A stretch of DNA of 64,000 nucleotides from Candidatus Gastranaerophilales bacterium. GTDB taxonomy: Bacteria > Cyanobacteriota > Vampirovibrionia > Gastranaerophilales > Gastranaerophilaceae. The notes below the pieces were generated by a model that saw only the letters and a list, made by a program, of their open reading frames with translations, had not been told where the DNA came from and did no database searches. The position numbers and the translations under genes were made by a program. The stretch spans positions 3,427-67,426 of the forward strand of contig CALUPF010000036.1 of assembly GCA_944322545.1 (NCBI GenBank), in the 5' to 3' direction. Below are positions 46,073-56,225 of this stretch, in pieces; the first letter of the stretch is position 1; each line of letters opens with the position of its first letter.

Positions 46073-47503
46073 TTAGAAAGCACACATTCTGTGTACACGA
46101 ACAAAGTTAGTTCTACCTGTAATAAGTTTTGGAATAGAACCAATAATAATAACTCTGTCGTCTTTTTTGAATTCAGTTTTTTCTAATAACAATTTGTCGA
46201 TTTTTTTCAATAATTCATCGTTCAAAACAACATCCCAATCTTTTTGATAAGGGTGCATATCCCAGAACAAATTCAATTTTCTGCAAGCTTTATCACTATC
46301 AGAAATAGCTAGTACAGGAACAGATGGTCTTAATTTAGAAAGTAATTTAACTGTATAACCTGTATGTGTAAATGCCAAAATTGCTTTTGCACCAAGATCG
46401 TGAGCCATTTTAACTGCTGCAGCTGCAACTGCTTGAGGAGTTGGTTCATAATCAGGATTCATTGGCAAGTCTAAATTATAGCTTACAAAATTGCTTTGTT
46501 CTACATCATGAGCAATCATTGCCATCATTTTAACAGCTTCAACAGGGTGTTTACCAGCAGCTGTTTCACCTGATAACATAACTGCATCAGCACCATCCAA
46601 AATTGCGTTTGCAACGTCTGATGCTTCAGCTCTTGTAGGAATTGGGTTTTCAATCATTGATTCAAGCATTTGAGTTGCTACGATACAAGTTTTTCTGTGA
46701 GCAAATGCAGCATCAACGATTTGTTTTTGTACCATAGGAACTTTTTCTGGAGCCAATTCGATACCCAAGTCACCACGAGCAACCATAACTGCATCAACAA
46801 CATCAAGAATTGATTCAATATTTTTTACTGCTTCTGGTTTTTCGATTTTAGCAACTATAGGAATATCAGCACCAAAGTGACTTAAATATTTCTTAGCTAA
46901 TAGAATATCATCTTTATCTCTTACAAATGAAAGAGCAAGATAATCAGCATCATTATCAACAGCAAATTTAATGAAATCAACGTCACGTTCAGTAATAGCT
47001 GAAAGACTTTTTGTTCCACCAGGGATATTGATACCTTTTCTTGGTTTCAACAATTCACCATCAATAACTTTTACACGAACTTTAGAACCTTCTTTTCCAA
47101 TAACTTGGATTCTGATTTTACCATCATCTAAAAGTATATATTCACCTTCATGAACGTCATCAGCAACACCTTTGTAGTCAACTGGAACAATATTTGGATC
47201 TGTTTGTTCTAAACCATATTCTAAAACCAATTCTTTTCCTGGCTCAATAGGAATAGGTTCAATTAAGTTACCTACTCTGATTTTAGGACCTTGAAGGTCA
47301 ACTAAAACAGGAATAAAAGTTTTTAATCTTTTTTCAACATTTCTAATTCTTTTAATAGTTTCCGCATGAGCTTCTGCAGTATTGTGAGAAGTGTTGATTC
47401 TGAACATTGTAGCACCAGCATTCACTAGTTCTTCAATGATGCTTTCTTCACAACTTGCAGGTCCAAGCGTAGCAACAATTTTAGTTTTGTTTTTTTTCAT
47501 CAT
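46073..47503 (-). CDS. pyk: pyruvate kinase
   Basis: KTKIVATLGPAS, MFRINTSH, MVARGDLGIE, and a full-length C-terminal regulatory domain. Confidence 0.95.
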   Translation of the reverse strand: MMKKNKTKIVATLGPASCEESIIEELVNAGATMFRINTSHNTAEAHAETIKRIRNVEKRLKTFIPVLVDLQGPKIRVGNLIEPIPIEPGKELVLEYGLEQTDPNIVPVDYKGVADDVHEGEYILLDDGKIRIQVIGKEGSKVRVKVIDGELLKPRKGINIPGGTKSLSAITERDVDFIKFAVDNDADYLALSFVRDKDDILLAKKYLSHFGADIPIVAKIEKPEAVKNIESILDVVDAVMVARGDLGIELAPEKVPMVQKQIVDAAFAHRKTCIVATQMLESMIENPIPTRAEASDVANAILDGADAVMLSGETAAGKHPVEAVKMMAMIAHDVEQSNFVSYNLDLPMNPDYEPTPQAVAAAAVKMAHDLGAKAILAFTHTGYTVKLLSKLRPSVPVLAISDSDKACRKLNLFWDMHPYQKDWDVVLNDELLKKIDKLLLEKTEFKKDDRVIIIGSIPKLITGRTNFVRVHRMCAF

Positions 47504-47544
47504 TTTTCCGCTTCCTTATTTCGTTTCGACTAAATAGTATCTAT

Positions 47545-47577
47545 AAAAATCAAAGGGCAAACTGTATAGTTTGCCCC
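47545..47577 (-). terminator. rho-independent terminator of fabI
   Basis: GGGCAAACT-GTAT-AGTTTGCCC, with a T-rich tract on the minus strand. Confidence 0.7.
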
Positions 47578-47582
47578 AAATA

Positions 47583-48398
47583 TTAATGCTGTTCTTTTTG
47601 ATAAGCGTATGTAGCTTCCATTTCATCAATCGATGCATAAACGGAGTGACATCCACAATCCACGTGAACAATCTCTCCAGTAACGCCAGAAGATAAATCA
47701 GAAACTAGATAAAGACCAGTTTTTCCAACATCTTCTAAAGAAACATTACGTTTCAAAGGTGCTTTTAAAATAGCAGCTTTTAGCATTCTATCAAAACCAG
47801 AAATACCTTTAGCAGCTAAAGTTTTTACTGCACCTGCTGATAAACAGTTAACTCTAACACCAATTTTACCTAGGTTATCTGCTAAGTATCTTGCTGAAGA
47901 TTCTAAAGCTGCTTTAGCTACACCCATTACGTTGTAGTTAGCAACTACTTTTTCAGAACCAAGGTATGTTAATGCTAATATTGCACCACCTTCATTAAAT
48001 AAAGGTTTAGCATTTCTAGCCAAAGTAACAAGTGAATATGCACTAACACCTAAAGCAGTATCCCAGCCAGCTTTTGAAGTATCAATGAAATCGCCCATCA
48101 AATCTTCTTTATTAGCAAAAGCTACTGCGTGAATAACGAAATCTAACTTTCCGTATATTTTTTCATATTCGGCAAAAACATTTTTAACCTGTTCTTCATT
48201 AGTTACATCACATTCAACTATCATTTTTGCATTCATTTCTTCTGCAAGAGGACGAACACGAGATTCCATAGCTTCATTTGCATATGTGAAAGCTATTTCT
48301 GCTCCTGCTTCATGAATCTGTTTAGCAATAGCGTATGCGATGCCTCTGGCGTTAGAAACACCAAAAATAATACCTTTTTTGCCTTCCATTAATTTCAT
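47583..48398 (-). CDS. fabI: enoyl-ACP reductase (NADH) FabI
   Basis: MKLMEGKKGIIFGVSNARGIAYAIA start with an AAGGAG RBS 5 nt upstream. Y-x6-K region (YNVMGVAKAALE). The track's upstream start at 48443 was rejected. Confidence 0.9.
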   Translation of the reverse strand: MKLMEGKKGIIFGVSNARGIAYAIAKQIHEAGAEIAFTYANEAMESRVRPLAEEMNAKMIVECDVTNEEQVKNVFAEYEKIYGKLDFVIHAVAFANKEDLMGDFIDTSKAGWDTALGVSAYSLVTLARNAKPLFNEGGAILALTYLGSEKVVANYNVMGVAKAALESSARYLADNLGKIGVRVNCLSAGAVKTLAAKGISGFDRMLKAAILKAPLKRNVSLEDVGKTGLYLVSDLSSGVTGEIVHVDCGCHSVYASIDEMEATYAYQKEQH

Positions 48399-48642
48399 AA
48401 ATAGTCTCCTTAAATTTATATAACTGTATATTAGTATCAACATGTCCTTATGTCCATATTTTTATTAATTTTCACTAACTTTTTAGAAGTGTAATTGTAA
48501 CAATTTCATTTTTTCTACTACAAGCGTATTGGCAAAATTAAAAAAAAAGTATATTATATTAAATAGGTCATCAAAATATTTAATGTGTTTATTAATTTAC
48601 TAACCTAAATGAACTTTATCGTTCGTAGAAAGAGGTGTAGCT

Positions 48643-48813
48643 ATGGGTAATATGTTTGGAAAAAATTTATTCAGAAAATCTTACACAGCAGATGTTAAAG
48701 AAACAGTCTGCAACAAGTTTAGAAAAAGCATCTCGGAAAGAATTGCTGCTCCTGTTAAAGAAAACTCCTTAGAGCGTACACCTGAAAGTGATAGTTTGTT
48801 TTTAGATAAATAA
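48643..48813 (+). CDS. 56-aa hypothetical protein
   Basis: Not in the ORF track. AGAGGTG RBS 6 nt before the ATG. My translation: MGNMFGKNLFRKSYTADVKETVCNKFRKSISERIAAPVKENSLERTPESDSLFLDK. The stop abuts a strong terminator. Confidence 0.45.
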   Translation: MGNMFGKNLFRKSYTADVKETVCNKFRKSISERIAAPVKENSLERTPESDSLFLDK

Positions 48814-48843
48814 AAAAAGACCTCCAAAATGGAGGTCTTTTTA
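48814..48843. terminator. bidirectional rho-independent terminator
   Basis: AAAAAAGACCTCC-AAAAT-GGAGGTCTTTTT. Confidence 0.8.
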
Positions 48844-48860
48844 ATATTCCAACTAATCTT

Positions 48861-49511
48861 TTACTTAATTTCTAAAATAAATCCGCCATTGTCAGCATTT
48901 TGAATAGCATTTTCATTCATTTTAGCTCTAAGATTTTTAATATATTTGTATACATAATCCCTTGGCAAATCTAATACTTGAGCTAATTCTTTTGCATAAA
49001 CAATATTATTTTTATTATTTAAGAAATGCTCAAATACTGCCTGCTCACGAGGTGTTAGATTTTTCTTAAAAGTAATTTGAATTTCTTCATTTATATCTGA
49101 TTTGATTTCTTGAGCTTTAGGAGCTTTTACTTCTTTTTTAACTTCTTTTACAACCGCTTCTGCTTTTTTAACTTCTTTAACAGCAGGCTTAACAGATTGT
49201 TTTTTAGCCTTAGCTTCTTTAGTTAATTCTCTCAAATCTCTTTTTACTGATAATTCTTTTTCTCTTTCAAAAGATTGTTGAGCTAAAGTGCTGATTCTTT
49301 CTGCTTTAAAATTAGTTTTTACCGGAGCTGGCTCATCAGCTGAAACATATCTAACCTCAGATGAATGTTTATAAAAAACATCTACCATATCATTTGTTTC
49401 TTTTTCTTCAGCAATAACTTTACCAAGTCTTTTTGCATATTCCTCTAGGGTAATTCTTTCCAAAGAACTTCTCCATTGTCTAATCTCTTCTTTGGTCAAA
49501 TAATCCGGCAT
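48861..49511 (-). CDS. hypothetical protein with C-terminal HTH-like domain
   Basis: Lys/Glu/Val-rich repeat linker (VKEVKK x2). C-terminal LTPREQAVFEHFLNN...YAKELAQVLDLPRDYVYKYIKNLRAKM resembles a LuxR/sigma-r4-type HTH. Confidence 0.55.
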   Translation of the reverse strand: MPDYLTKEEIRQWRSSLERITLEEYAKRLGKVIAEEKETNDMVDVFYKHSSEVRYVSADEPAPVKTNFKAERISTLAQQSFEREKELSVKRDLRELTKEAKAKKQSVKPAVKEVKKAEAVVKEVKKEVKAPKAQEIKSDINEEIQITFKKNLTPREQAVFEHFLNNKNNIVYAKELAQVLDLPRDYVYKYIKNLRAKMNENAIQNADNGGFILEIK

Positions 49512-49699
49512 ATTAATAAATCTCCTTGACTAAAATTTTACTTTCCAATCCCTTTGCCCCTACGTTAATGTAAGACCACTCCTAACACGTTTTAATAAAC
49601 TGTATTTTATTATCATACTTACCAATGGGGTTTCAAGTTATGTATAATTTAGCATGAAATTCTAAAAAAAATCTCAAAATATGTAGCAATATTTACAAA

Positions 49700-50860
49700 C
49701 TAAATTTTTGTTAAATTTTGAACAGAAAGTCTTGTAATTCTATCTGTTTCAAATATTTCATCCAACGAAGGATTCAAAATATTACTATGCTGTTCCATCA
49801 TTTTTTTAGTAATCTCATAAATTTCCCACAACGAAATTTTTTGATTTAAAAATGCAAATACAGCTTCTTCATTAGCTGCATTCATAACAACAGGAAGAGT
49901 TCCTCCTTGTTTTCCTGCTTCAAAAGCTAATTTCAAACAAGGGAACTTTTCTAAATCAGGTTCATCAAAATCTAAACGACCTGCTTTTACAAAATCAAAA
50001 CTTCTTGTCTCAATACCTTCAAATCTGTAAGGATAAGTTAATGTATACTGAATTGGAATATGCATAGATGGGAAACCTAATTGTGCAATAACACTTCCAT
50101 CTACATACTCAACAGCACTATGAACTATGCTTTGCGGATGCACAACTACCTGTATTTTTTCATAAGGCATATCAAATAAATGATGTGCTTCTATAACTTC
50201 TAAACCTTTATTCATAAGTGTTGCAGAATCTATTGTAATTTTTTTACCCATATTCCATCTTGGATGATGCAACGTTTCTTCAACAGAGGCATTTTTTATA
50301 TCTTCAATAGTTTTATTTCTAAAAGGTCCACCTGACGCAGTAATAATAAGCTTTTCTACTTCATCTCTGTTTTTTAAGCATTGATGAATAGCGCCATGTT
50401 CTGAATCAACAGGTAAAATCTTAACACCTTTTTCTTTAGCTCGTTTCATTACAATGTCACCAGCCATAACTAGCGTCTCTTTATTAGCAAGTGCAACATC
50501 AATATTTTTTTCAATAGCAGCCAAAGTTGGTTTCAATCCGGTTTTGCCTGAAACAGAAACTAGAATTCTTTCATTTGTTGTGTCAGATGCAACATCAACT
50601 AGTCCTTGCTCACCGTATAAAACATTAATTTTAGGAAATTCTTTTTGCAGTTTTAAGGCATTTTCTTCAGACTTTACAGAAACATTTTTAGGATTAACAA
50701 GTTTGATTTGTTCTTTTAACAAATCAATATTATCTCCACCACATAAAGATACAACTTCAAAATAATCAGGCATTTTTTGAATAACTTCTATTGCCTGTCT
50801 ACCAATTGAACCTGTTGAACCTAAAATTGAAATTTTCACTTTATCATCCTCTAAAACCAA
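49700..50860 (-). CDS. dxr: 1-deoxy-D-xylulose 5-phosphate reductoisomerase
   Basis: ILGSTGSIGRQ NADPH motif, LANKETLV, DSEHGAI, HPRWNMG. Confidence 0.95.
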   Translation of the reverse strand: MVLEDDKVKISILGSTGSIGRQAIEVIQKMPDYFEVVSLCGGDNIDLLKEQIKLVNPKNVSVKSEENALKLQKEFPKINVLYGEQGLVDVASDTTNERILVSVSGKTGLKPTLAAIEKNIDVALANKETLVMAGDIVMKRAKEKGVKILPVDSEHGAIHQCLKNRDEVEKLIITASGGPFRNKTIEDIKNASVEETLHHPRWNMGKKITIDSATLMNKGLEVIEAHHLFDMPYEKIQVVVHPQSIVHSAVEYVDGSVIAQLGFPSMHIPIQYTLTYPYRFEGIETRSFDFVKAGRLDFDEPDLEKFPCLKLAFEAGKQGGTLPVVMNAANEEAVFAFLNQKISLWEIYEITKKMMEQHSNILNPSLDEIFETDRITRLSVQNLTKI

Positions 50861-50934
50861 TTATAGAATTATAATAAGTCAAATATTTTATTTATTATAT
50901 AATTTATTTATAAATATAAATTTTACGAGGGTGA

Positions 50935-51972
50935 ATGATGAAAGAAACATTGGAAAAAATCCACGCTTCAGCTCTTGAAGCAATTGAAAAAATTCAATCT
51001 ACTTCTGACATTGAAGAAGTGAAAAATACATATTTAAGCAGAAAAAGCCAACTAAATGAAATCAAAAAAAATCTTAAAGACATGTCTAACGAAGACAAAA
51101 GAATCGTTGGTTCTATGTCAAATCAGATTACAAAAGATATTGAAGAAAAATTAAACGAAAAATATCAATTCTTCTATCAAAAAGAATTAAATGAAAAACT
51201 CGAAAAAGAAAGAATTGATATAACTCTCCCTGGTTCGTATACTCCTTATGGGAAAGTTCACCCTCTTACGCAAACAATTGACGAAATTGTAGAAATTTTC
51301 CAAGGAATGGGATTTTCTCTTGTGCACAATGAAAATTCACCTGAAGTAGAAACTGAATATTTCAACTTTGATATGTTGAATATTCCTAAAGATCACCCAG
51401 CAAGAGATATGCAAGATACTTTTTACACAAAAGTTGCTCCAAACGTAATTTTAAGAAGCCAAACGTCAGGAGCTCAAATCCATGAAATGTTATCTAGCAC
51501 ACCTCCTATCAAAGTTATTGCACCAGGACGTGTATACAGATGTGAATCAGTTAGTGCAAGAAAAAACAATCTTTTCCACCAAATAGAAGGATTGCTAATA
51601 GACAAAGATATAACTTTTGCTGACTTAAAAGGCGTAATGAATGAATTTTTAAGATTATATTTCGGTTCAGCAAGACCAACAAGATTCAGAAACAGCTTTT
51701 TCCCATTCACTGAGCCTTCTGCGGAAATTGATGTTCAATGCATAATGTGTGAAGGCAAAGGTTGTAGAGTATGCTCAGGCACAGGCTGGTTAGAAATTTT
51801 AGGTTCTGGTATGGTTGATCCAAATGTCTTAAAAGGTGTTGGCATTGACCCTGAAGTGTACTCAGGATTCGCTTTCGGAATGGGTGTTGAAAGACTTGCA
51901 ATGCTTAAATGGGGAATTGATGATATAAGACTATTCTTCAATAACGATGCAAGATTTTTAAAACAATTTTAA
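50935..51972 (+). CDS. pheS: phenylalanine--tRNA ligase alpha subunit
   Basis: [16 protein letters not shown], class II motifs (PGRVYR; [14 protein letters not shown]; [13 protein letters not shown]). Confidence 0.95.
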   Translation: MMKETLEKIHASALEAIEKIQSTSDIEEVKNTYLSRKSQLNEIKKNLKDMSNEDKRIVGSMSNQITKDIEEKLNEKYQFFYQKELNEKLEKERIDITLPGSYTPYGKVHPLTQTIDEIVEIFQGMGFSLVHNENSPEVETEYFNFDMLNIPKDHPARDMQDTFYTKVAPNVILRSQTSGAQIHEMLSSTPPIKVIAPGRVYRCESVSARKNNLFHQIEGLLIDKDITFADLKGVMNEFLRLYFGSARPTRFRNSFFPFTEPSAEIDVQCIMCEGKGCRVCSGTGWLEILGSGMVDPNVLKGVGIDPEVYSGFAFGMGVERLAMLKWGIDDIRLFFNNDARFLKQF

Positions 51973-51980
51973 GGTGAAAA

Positions 51981-52736
51981 ATGCTTGCTAAAAGAATTAT
52001 ACCTTGCCTTGATGTCAAAAATGGCGAAACAGTCAAAGGTGTCAACTTTGAAAACCTAAAATATGCAGGTGATCCTGCTGCTCTTGCTAAAAAATACAGT
52101 GAACAAAAAGCAGACGAACTGGTTTTTTTAGACATTACAGCAACAAATGAAGGTAGAAAAACAACCCTCAATATGGTTGAACAAGTCGCAAAACAGGTCT
52201 TTATTCCTTTTACTGTCGGAGGTGGTATAAAGACTATTGAAGATATGCGCTCAATTTTACTTGCTGGAGCTGATAAAGTTGCTATAAATTCTCAAGCAGT
52301 AAAAAATCCTCAATTAATAAAAGATTCTTCATCTTATTTCGGCTCACAATGCATAGTTGTAGCAGTGGACGGGAAAAAAGTAGATAACGACTTTTACGTT
52401 TTTATAAATGCAGGACAAAAAAATACAGGCATAAAACTTATTGACTGGGTAAAACAAGTCCAATCACTAGGTGCAGGCGAAATTCTTTTAACATCAATGG
52501 ATGCTGATGGAACACAATCAGGGTTTGATTTAGAAATGACAAAACTTGTTGTTGAAAACACATCAATTCCTGTTATTGCATCAGGTGGCGCTGGAGCAAA
52601 TGCACAACATTTTGTTGATGTATTTGAAAAAGCAAACGCTGATGCAGCATTAGCTGCATCCATCTTCCACTTTGGAACTCTTCCTGTTCCTCAATTAAAA
52701 AATGAATTACGTGCAAAGAATATCTGTGTAAGATAA
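51981..52736 (+). CDS. hisF: imidazole glycerol phosphate synthase cyclase subunit
   Basis: [37 protein letters not shown]. Confidence 0.95.
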   Translation: MLAKRIIPCLDVKNGETVKGVNFENLKYAGDPAALAKKYSEQKADELVFLDITATNEGRKTTLNMVEQVAKQVFIPFTVGGGIKTIEDMRSILLAGADKVAINSQAVKNPQLIKDSSSYFGSQCIVVAVDGKKVDNDFYVFINAGQKNTGIKLIDWVKQVQSLGAGEILLTSMDADGTQSGFDLEMTKLVVENTSIPVIASGGAGANAQHFVDVFEKANADAALAASIFHFGTLPVPQLKNELRAKNICVR

Positions 52737-53765
52737 TTACTTTTCAACAGGTTCGCTTATATGTTTGCCAATTATTGGAGCAATTTTTTCAATATCATCT
52801 TTTAATGCTTTAAATTGCTCAGGATAAAGAGATTGAGCTCCATCACATAAAGCTGTATCCGGATCATAATGAACTTCAATTATCAAACCATCACAACCCG
52901 CAGCAACAGCGGCTCTAGACATTGGCGCAACTTTATCACGAAGACCTGTACCGTGGCTAGGGTCAATAATGATAGGTAAGTGACTTAATTTTTTAACAAC
53001 AGGAATTGCACTCAAATCTAGTGTATTTCTTGTAATTCTTTCAAAAGTTCTTATACCTCTTTCGCAAAGAATAACCTCTCTATTACCACCTGACATTACA
53101 TATTCAGCAGCCATAAGAAGCTCTTCAATTGTATTTGCCATACCTCTTTTAACCATAACAGGCTTATTTATGTATCCCAATTCACGAAGAAGATTGAAAT
53201 TTTGCATATTTCTAGCACCAACCTGCAAAATATCAACATATTTCAAACACATTGGGATTTGTGAAATTTCCATAACCTCAGATGTAACTGCCATTCCATA
53301 TTTGTCAGCAACATCTCTTATAATTTTTAAGCCTTCTTCACCCATTCCTTGAAAAGCATAAGGAGAGGTTCTAGGCTTAAAAGCACCACCTCTTAAAATT
53401 TTTATGCCCATTTCACTAAGTTTTTTAGCTGTTTCATCCATTTGTTCATAGCTTTCAACAGTACAAGGACCAGCTATCAAACCTATATTATCACCGCCAA
53501 ATTTTACACCATTAACTTCAATAATAGTGTCCTCTGGTTTAAACATTCTTCCTGCTAATTTATAGCTAGAAGATATTCTTATAACCTCTTTAACACCATC
53601 TAAAAGTTCAATGTCTCTAGGGTCAACAATTTTACCACCAACTGCACCAATTACAGTTTGTACTTCACCTTTTGACACATGAGCATCAAAATTCTTTCTT
53701 TTTATATAACTTACAACATTTTGGATTTGTTCGTCAGTTGCTGAGGGGTTCATGATAATTAGCAT
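52737..53765 (-). CDS. 3-deoxy-7-phosphoheptulonate (DAHP) synthase, type I-beta with N-terminal ferredoxin-like regulatory domain
   Basis: N-terminal MLIIMNPSATDEQIQNVV (like the Thermotoga enzyme), IAGPCTVES, KPRTSPY, IIDPSHG. Confidence 0.9.
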   Translation of the reverse strand: MLIIMNPSATDEQIQNVVSYIKRKNFDAHVSKGEVQTVIGAVGGKIVDPRDIELLDGVKEVIRISSSYKLAGRMFKPEDTIIEVNGVKFGGDNIGLIAGPCTVESYEQMDETAKKLSEMGIKILRGGAFKPRTSPYAFQGMGEEGLKIIRDVADKYGMAVTSEVMEISQIPMCLKYVDILQVGARNMQNFNLLRELGYINKPVMVKRGMANTIEELLMAAEYVMSGGNREVILCERGIRTFERITRNTLDLSAIPVVKKLSHLPIIIDPSHGTGLRDKVAPMSRAAVAAGCDGLIIEVHYDPDTALCDGAQSLYPEQFKALKDDIEKIAPIIGKHISEPVEK

Positions 53766-53934
53766 ATTTATTTTCCTTTAGTTATTAATGTCAAAATAGC
53801 AATTTTATTTTTTACGTGTTTTATAAAATTGTAAAATCATTATTTAATAATAATATAAATATATGTACCATAAAAATTATTTTTGTAGTAAATTGTTAAT
53901 TACGTATAAATTTTTAATGGAGACTTTATGCTAA

Positions 53935-55389
53935 ATGTTAAAAGCAAAGACAAAAACACGTAAATTCCGTAAAATTTCCGGCGATTTAAGAAGCGATGTC
54001 AAAGCACCGCTAGTAGAAGCTCTTGAAAATTTTTATAAAAATCCTATGATGCAATTCCACATCCCTGGCCACACTGGAGGAAGAGCTTCATATCAACCAT
54101 TTAAAAAACTCGTTGGAAATCGTGCTTTGCTTTTAGATACAACTGACGAATTTGATAATTTAGGTACTCTACACCCAGCAACAGGGCCAATAAAAGAAGC
54201 TCAAGAACTTGCTGCGCAGGCATTTGGTTCACAAAGAACATTCTTCCTCGTGGGCGGTTCTACTATCGGAAACCTTACATTGGCAATGTGCCAATCTAAA
54301 AAAGGTAAAAAAGTTATTGTAAACAGAAACTGTCACCGTTCAATTTTGACAGGAATGATTATTTCTGGCGCAGAACCAGTATGGATATTACCTGAAAAAC
54401 TAGATGAATGGTCACTATGGGGTGAAATTGAACCTAAATCTATAGAGAAAGCTTTAAAAGAAAATGATGATATTTCAATGGTATGGATTACAAACCCAAC
54501 TTATGAAGGTGTTGTTTCAGATATAAAAGCGATTTCTGAAGTTTGTAAAAAATACAATGTACCATTGATCGTTGATGAAGCCCATGGATGTTTGTGGAAT
54601 TTCAATAAAAATCTTCCAATGTCATCTATACATCTTGGTGCAGATGCAGTTGTACATTCATTGCATAAAACAGGCGGCAGTATGTCACAAAGCTCGATGT
54701 TGCACATCACTAAAGGTTCTAAATTTGATCCTGATGAAATTGAAAGAACTTTGCAACTTTTACAAACAACAAGCCCTTCAATGTTACTTATGGCAAGTCT
54801 TGATGCAGCAAGAGCAAACCTAGAATCTAAAAAGGGTAAAAGACAACTAAGCAGAGCTATACAATATGCAAAATTTGTAAGAAAAAAATTGCATAAAATA
54901 GAAGGTGTAAATGTTCTTGAAGCAACTGAGAACTTCAACCAAGACATAACGAAAATATTTGTAAGTGTTGACGGGCTTTCTGGAAAACGTCTTGAAAGTA
55001 TTTTGGAAATTGATTTTGATATCGAAGTTGAATCAGCAAGTGATGTTGGTGTTTTACTTTTGATAAATATCGGCAACACAAAACAAGAAATTCAATATCT
55101 TGTTAATTCTATAGAAAAAATAGCTAGATCAAATTATTCAGATATTTATTACATAGAAAAAAGAAAACATATGCCTATGCTCACACCTAAAATTGTTATG
55201 AATCCTCGTGAAGCATACTACAGTGAAAAAGAAACAATACCAAAAGAACAAGCTGTTGGAAGGATTTCTGCTGAAGTAATTGCAGAATGCCCTCCTGGCA
55301 TTTCTATTCTTTTACCTGGTGAGCTCATAACTGAAGAGCATATGCCATATTTAAATGAATATAAGTGCATAGAAGTTATTAAAAAATAA
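53935..55389 (+). CDS. Orn/Lys/Arg decarboxylase family PLP enzyme
   Basis: HIPGHTGG, DEAHG, PLP-lysine motif SLHKTGGS, C-terminal OKR_DC_1_C-like domain. Confidence 0.85.
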   Translation: MLKAKTKTRKFRKISGDLRSDVKAPLVEALENFYKNPMMQFHIPGHTGGRASYQPFKKLVGNRALLLDTTDEFDNLGTLHPATGPIKEAQELAAQAFGSQRTFFLVGGSTIGNLTLAMCQSKKGKKVIVNRNCHRSILTGMIISGAEPVWILPEKLDEWSLWGEIEPKSIEKALKENDDISMVWITNPTYEGVVSDIKAISEVCKKYNVPLIVDEAHGCLWNFNKNLPMSSIHLGADAVVHSLHKTGGSMSQSSMLHITKGSKFDPDEIERTLQLLQTTSPSMLLMASLDAARANLESKKGKRQLSRAIQYAKFVRKKLHKIEGVNVLEATENFNQDITKIFVSVDGLSGKRLESILEIDFDIEVESASDVGVLLLINIGNTKQEIQYLVNSIEKIARSNYSDIYYIEKRKHMPMLTPKIVMNPREAYYSEKETIPKEQAVGRISAEVIAECPPGISILLPGELITEEHMPYLNEYKCIEVIKK

Positions 55390-55446
55390 GTATTAATAAC
55401 TTAAATCTCAACTTGATAAAAACATATTTTATGAAAAAATATAAAT

Positions 55447-55911
55447 ATGAGTAATATTTTGAAATGGAGTTTAAAAAATGCAATCATAGGACTGACAGGA
55501 TTTTTCTGCGCAGTCGTTGTAGCATGCGCTTTTATAGCTCCTGTTTTTGCATACGCTAAAATTAATGTAGTTTCTGATTTTTTATATGATTTCTTACATA
55601 AATTATGTGTAGCACACAAAACTAATATATTTATGGTTTTAGGCTATCACATAGGAATTTGCGCAAGATGTATAGGATCTTATATTTCTGCAGCAATAAC
55701 TCTGTATTCCTATTTACATAAATTTAAAATGCACAAAGTTGTTTATATAATTCTAGGTGCATTAAGTATAACTGAAATTTTGCTTGAACATTATCATTAC
55801 ATTTCAGTTAATGATTTCATAAGACTATTATCAGGTCTTTGTTTAGGAGCATTTTTAGGCACAACTTTAATAAAAATATTAGACTGGCTTGAAGGCAAAA
55901 AAGGCTGGTAA
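55447..55911 (+). CDS. DUF2085-like membrane protein
   Basis: 4 TM segments and an ICARCIGSY motif. Confidence 0.6.
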   Translation: MSNILKWSLKNAIIGLTGFFCAVVVACAFIAPVFAYAKINVVSDFLYDFLHKLCVAHKTNIFMVLGYHIGICARCIGSYISAAITLYSYLHKFKMHKVVYIILGALSITEILLEHYHYISVNDFIRLLSGLCLGAFLGTTLIKILDWLEGKKGW

Positions 55912-56225
55912 AAAATATAAAACTTTTGTATTACTACAAACATTTTTAATTACAATTTTATTAATATTTTGTAACAAAAATTCATGTGAATTTTAAAATA
56001 ACAACTCTATTTTTTAAAAAACAATTTACATATTTTAGAGTAATTAAACATTAGAAGTATTCACAGAGTCAAAAAAAATGTTATAATAGAAAAACAGAGA
56101 AGAATAAGTGTTCTCTTTACCCTTTATAAAGATATGTAAAGAAATTGTTTACAAAAAGATAAAAAAAGTCAATTATTCATCAAAACATTTTTTTAAGTAA
56201 GTATGTAGGAAAAAGTGTTGAATGA

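Noticed and set aside
51474-52171. Cluster of minus-strand ORFs across the pheS 3' end and hisF 5' end
   Set aside because: They lie opposite two canonical housekeeping genes.
54501-55079. 192-aa antisense ORF inside the decarboxylase gene (plus the 83-aa ORF at 54572-54823)
   Set aside because: It is long but Ser/Leu/Cys-rich antisense to a PLP enzyme with clear motifs. It has no start context.
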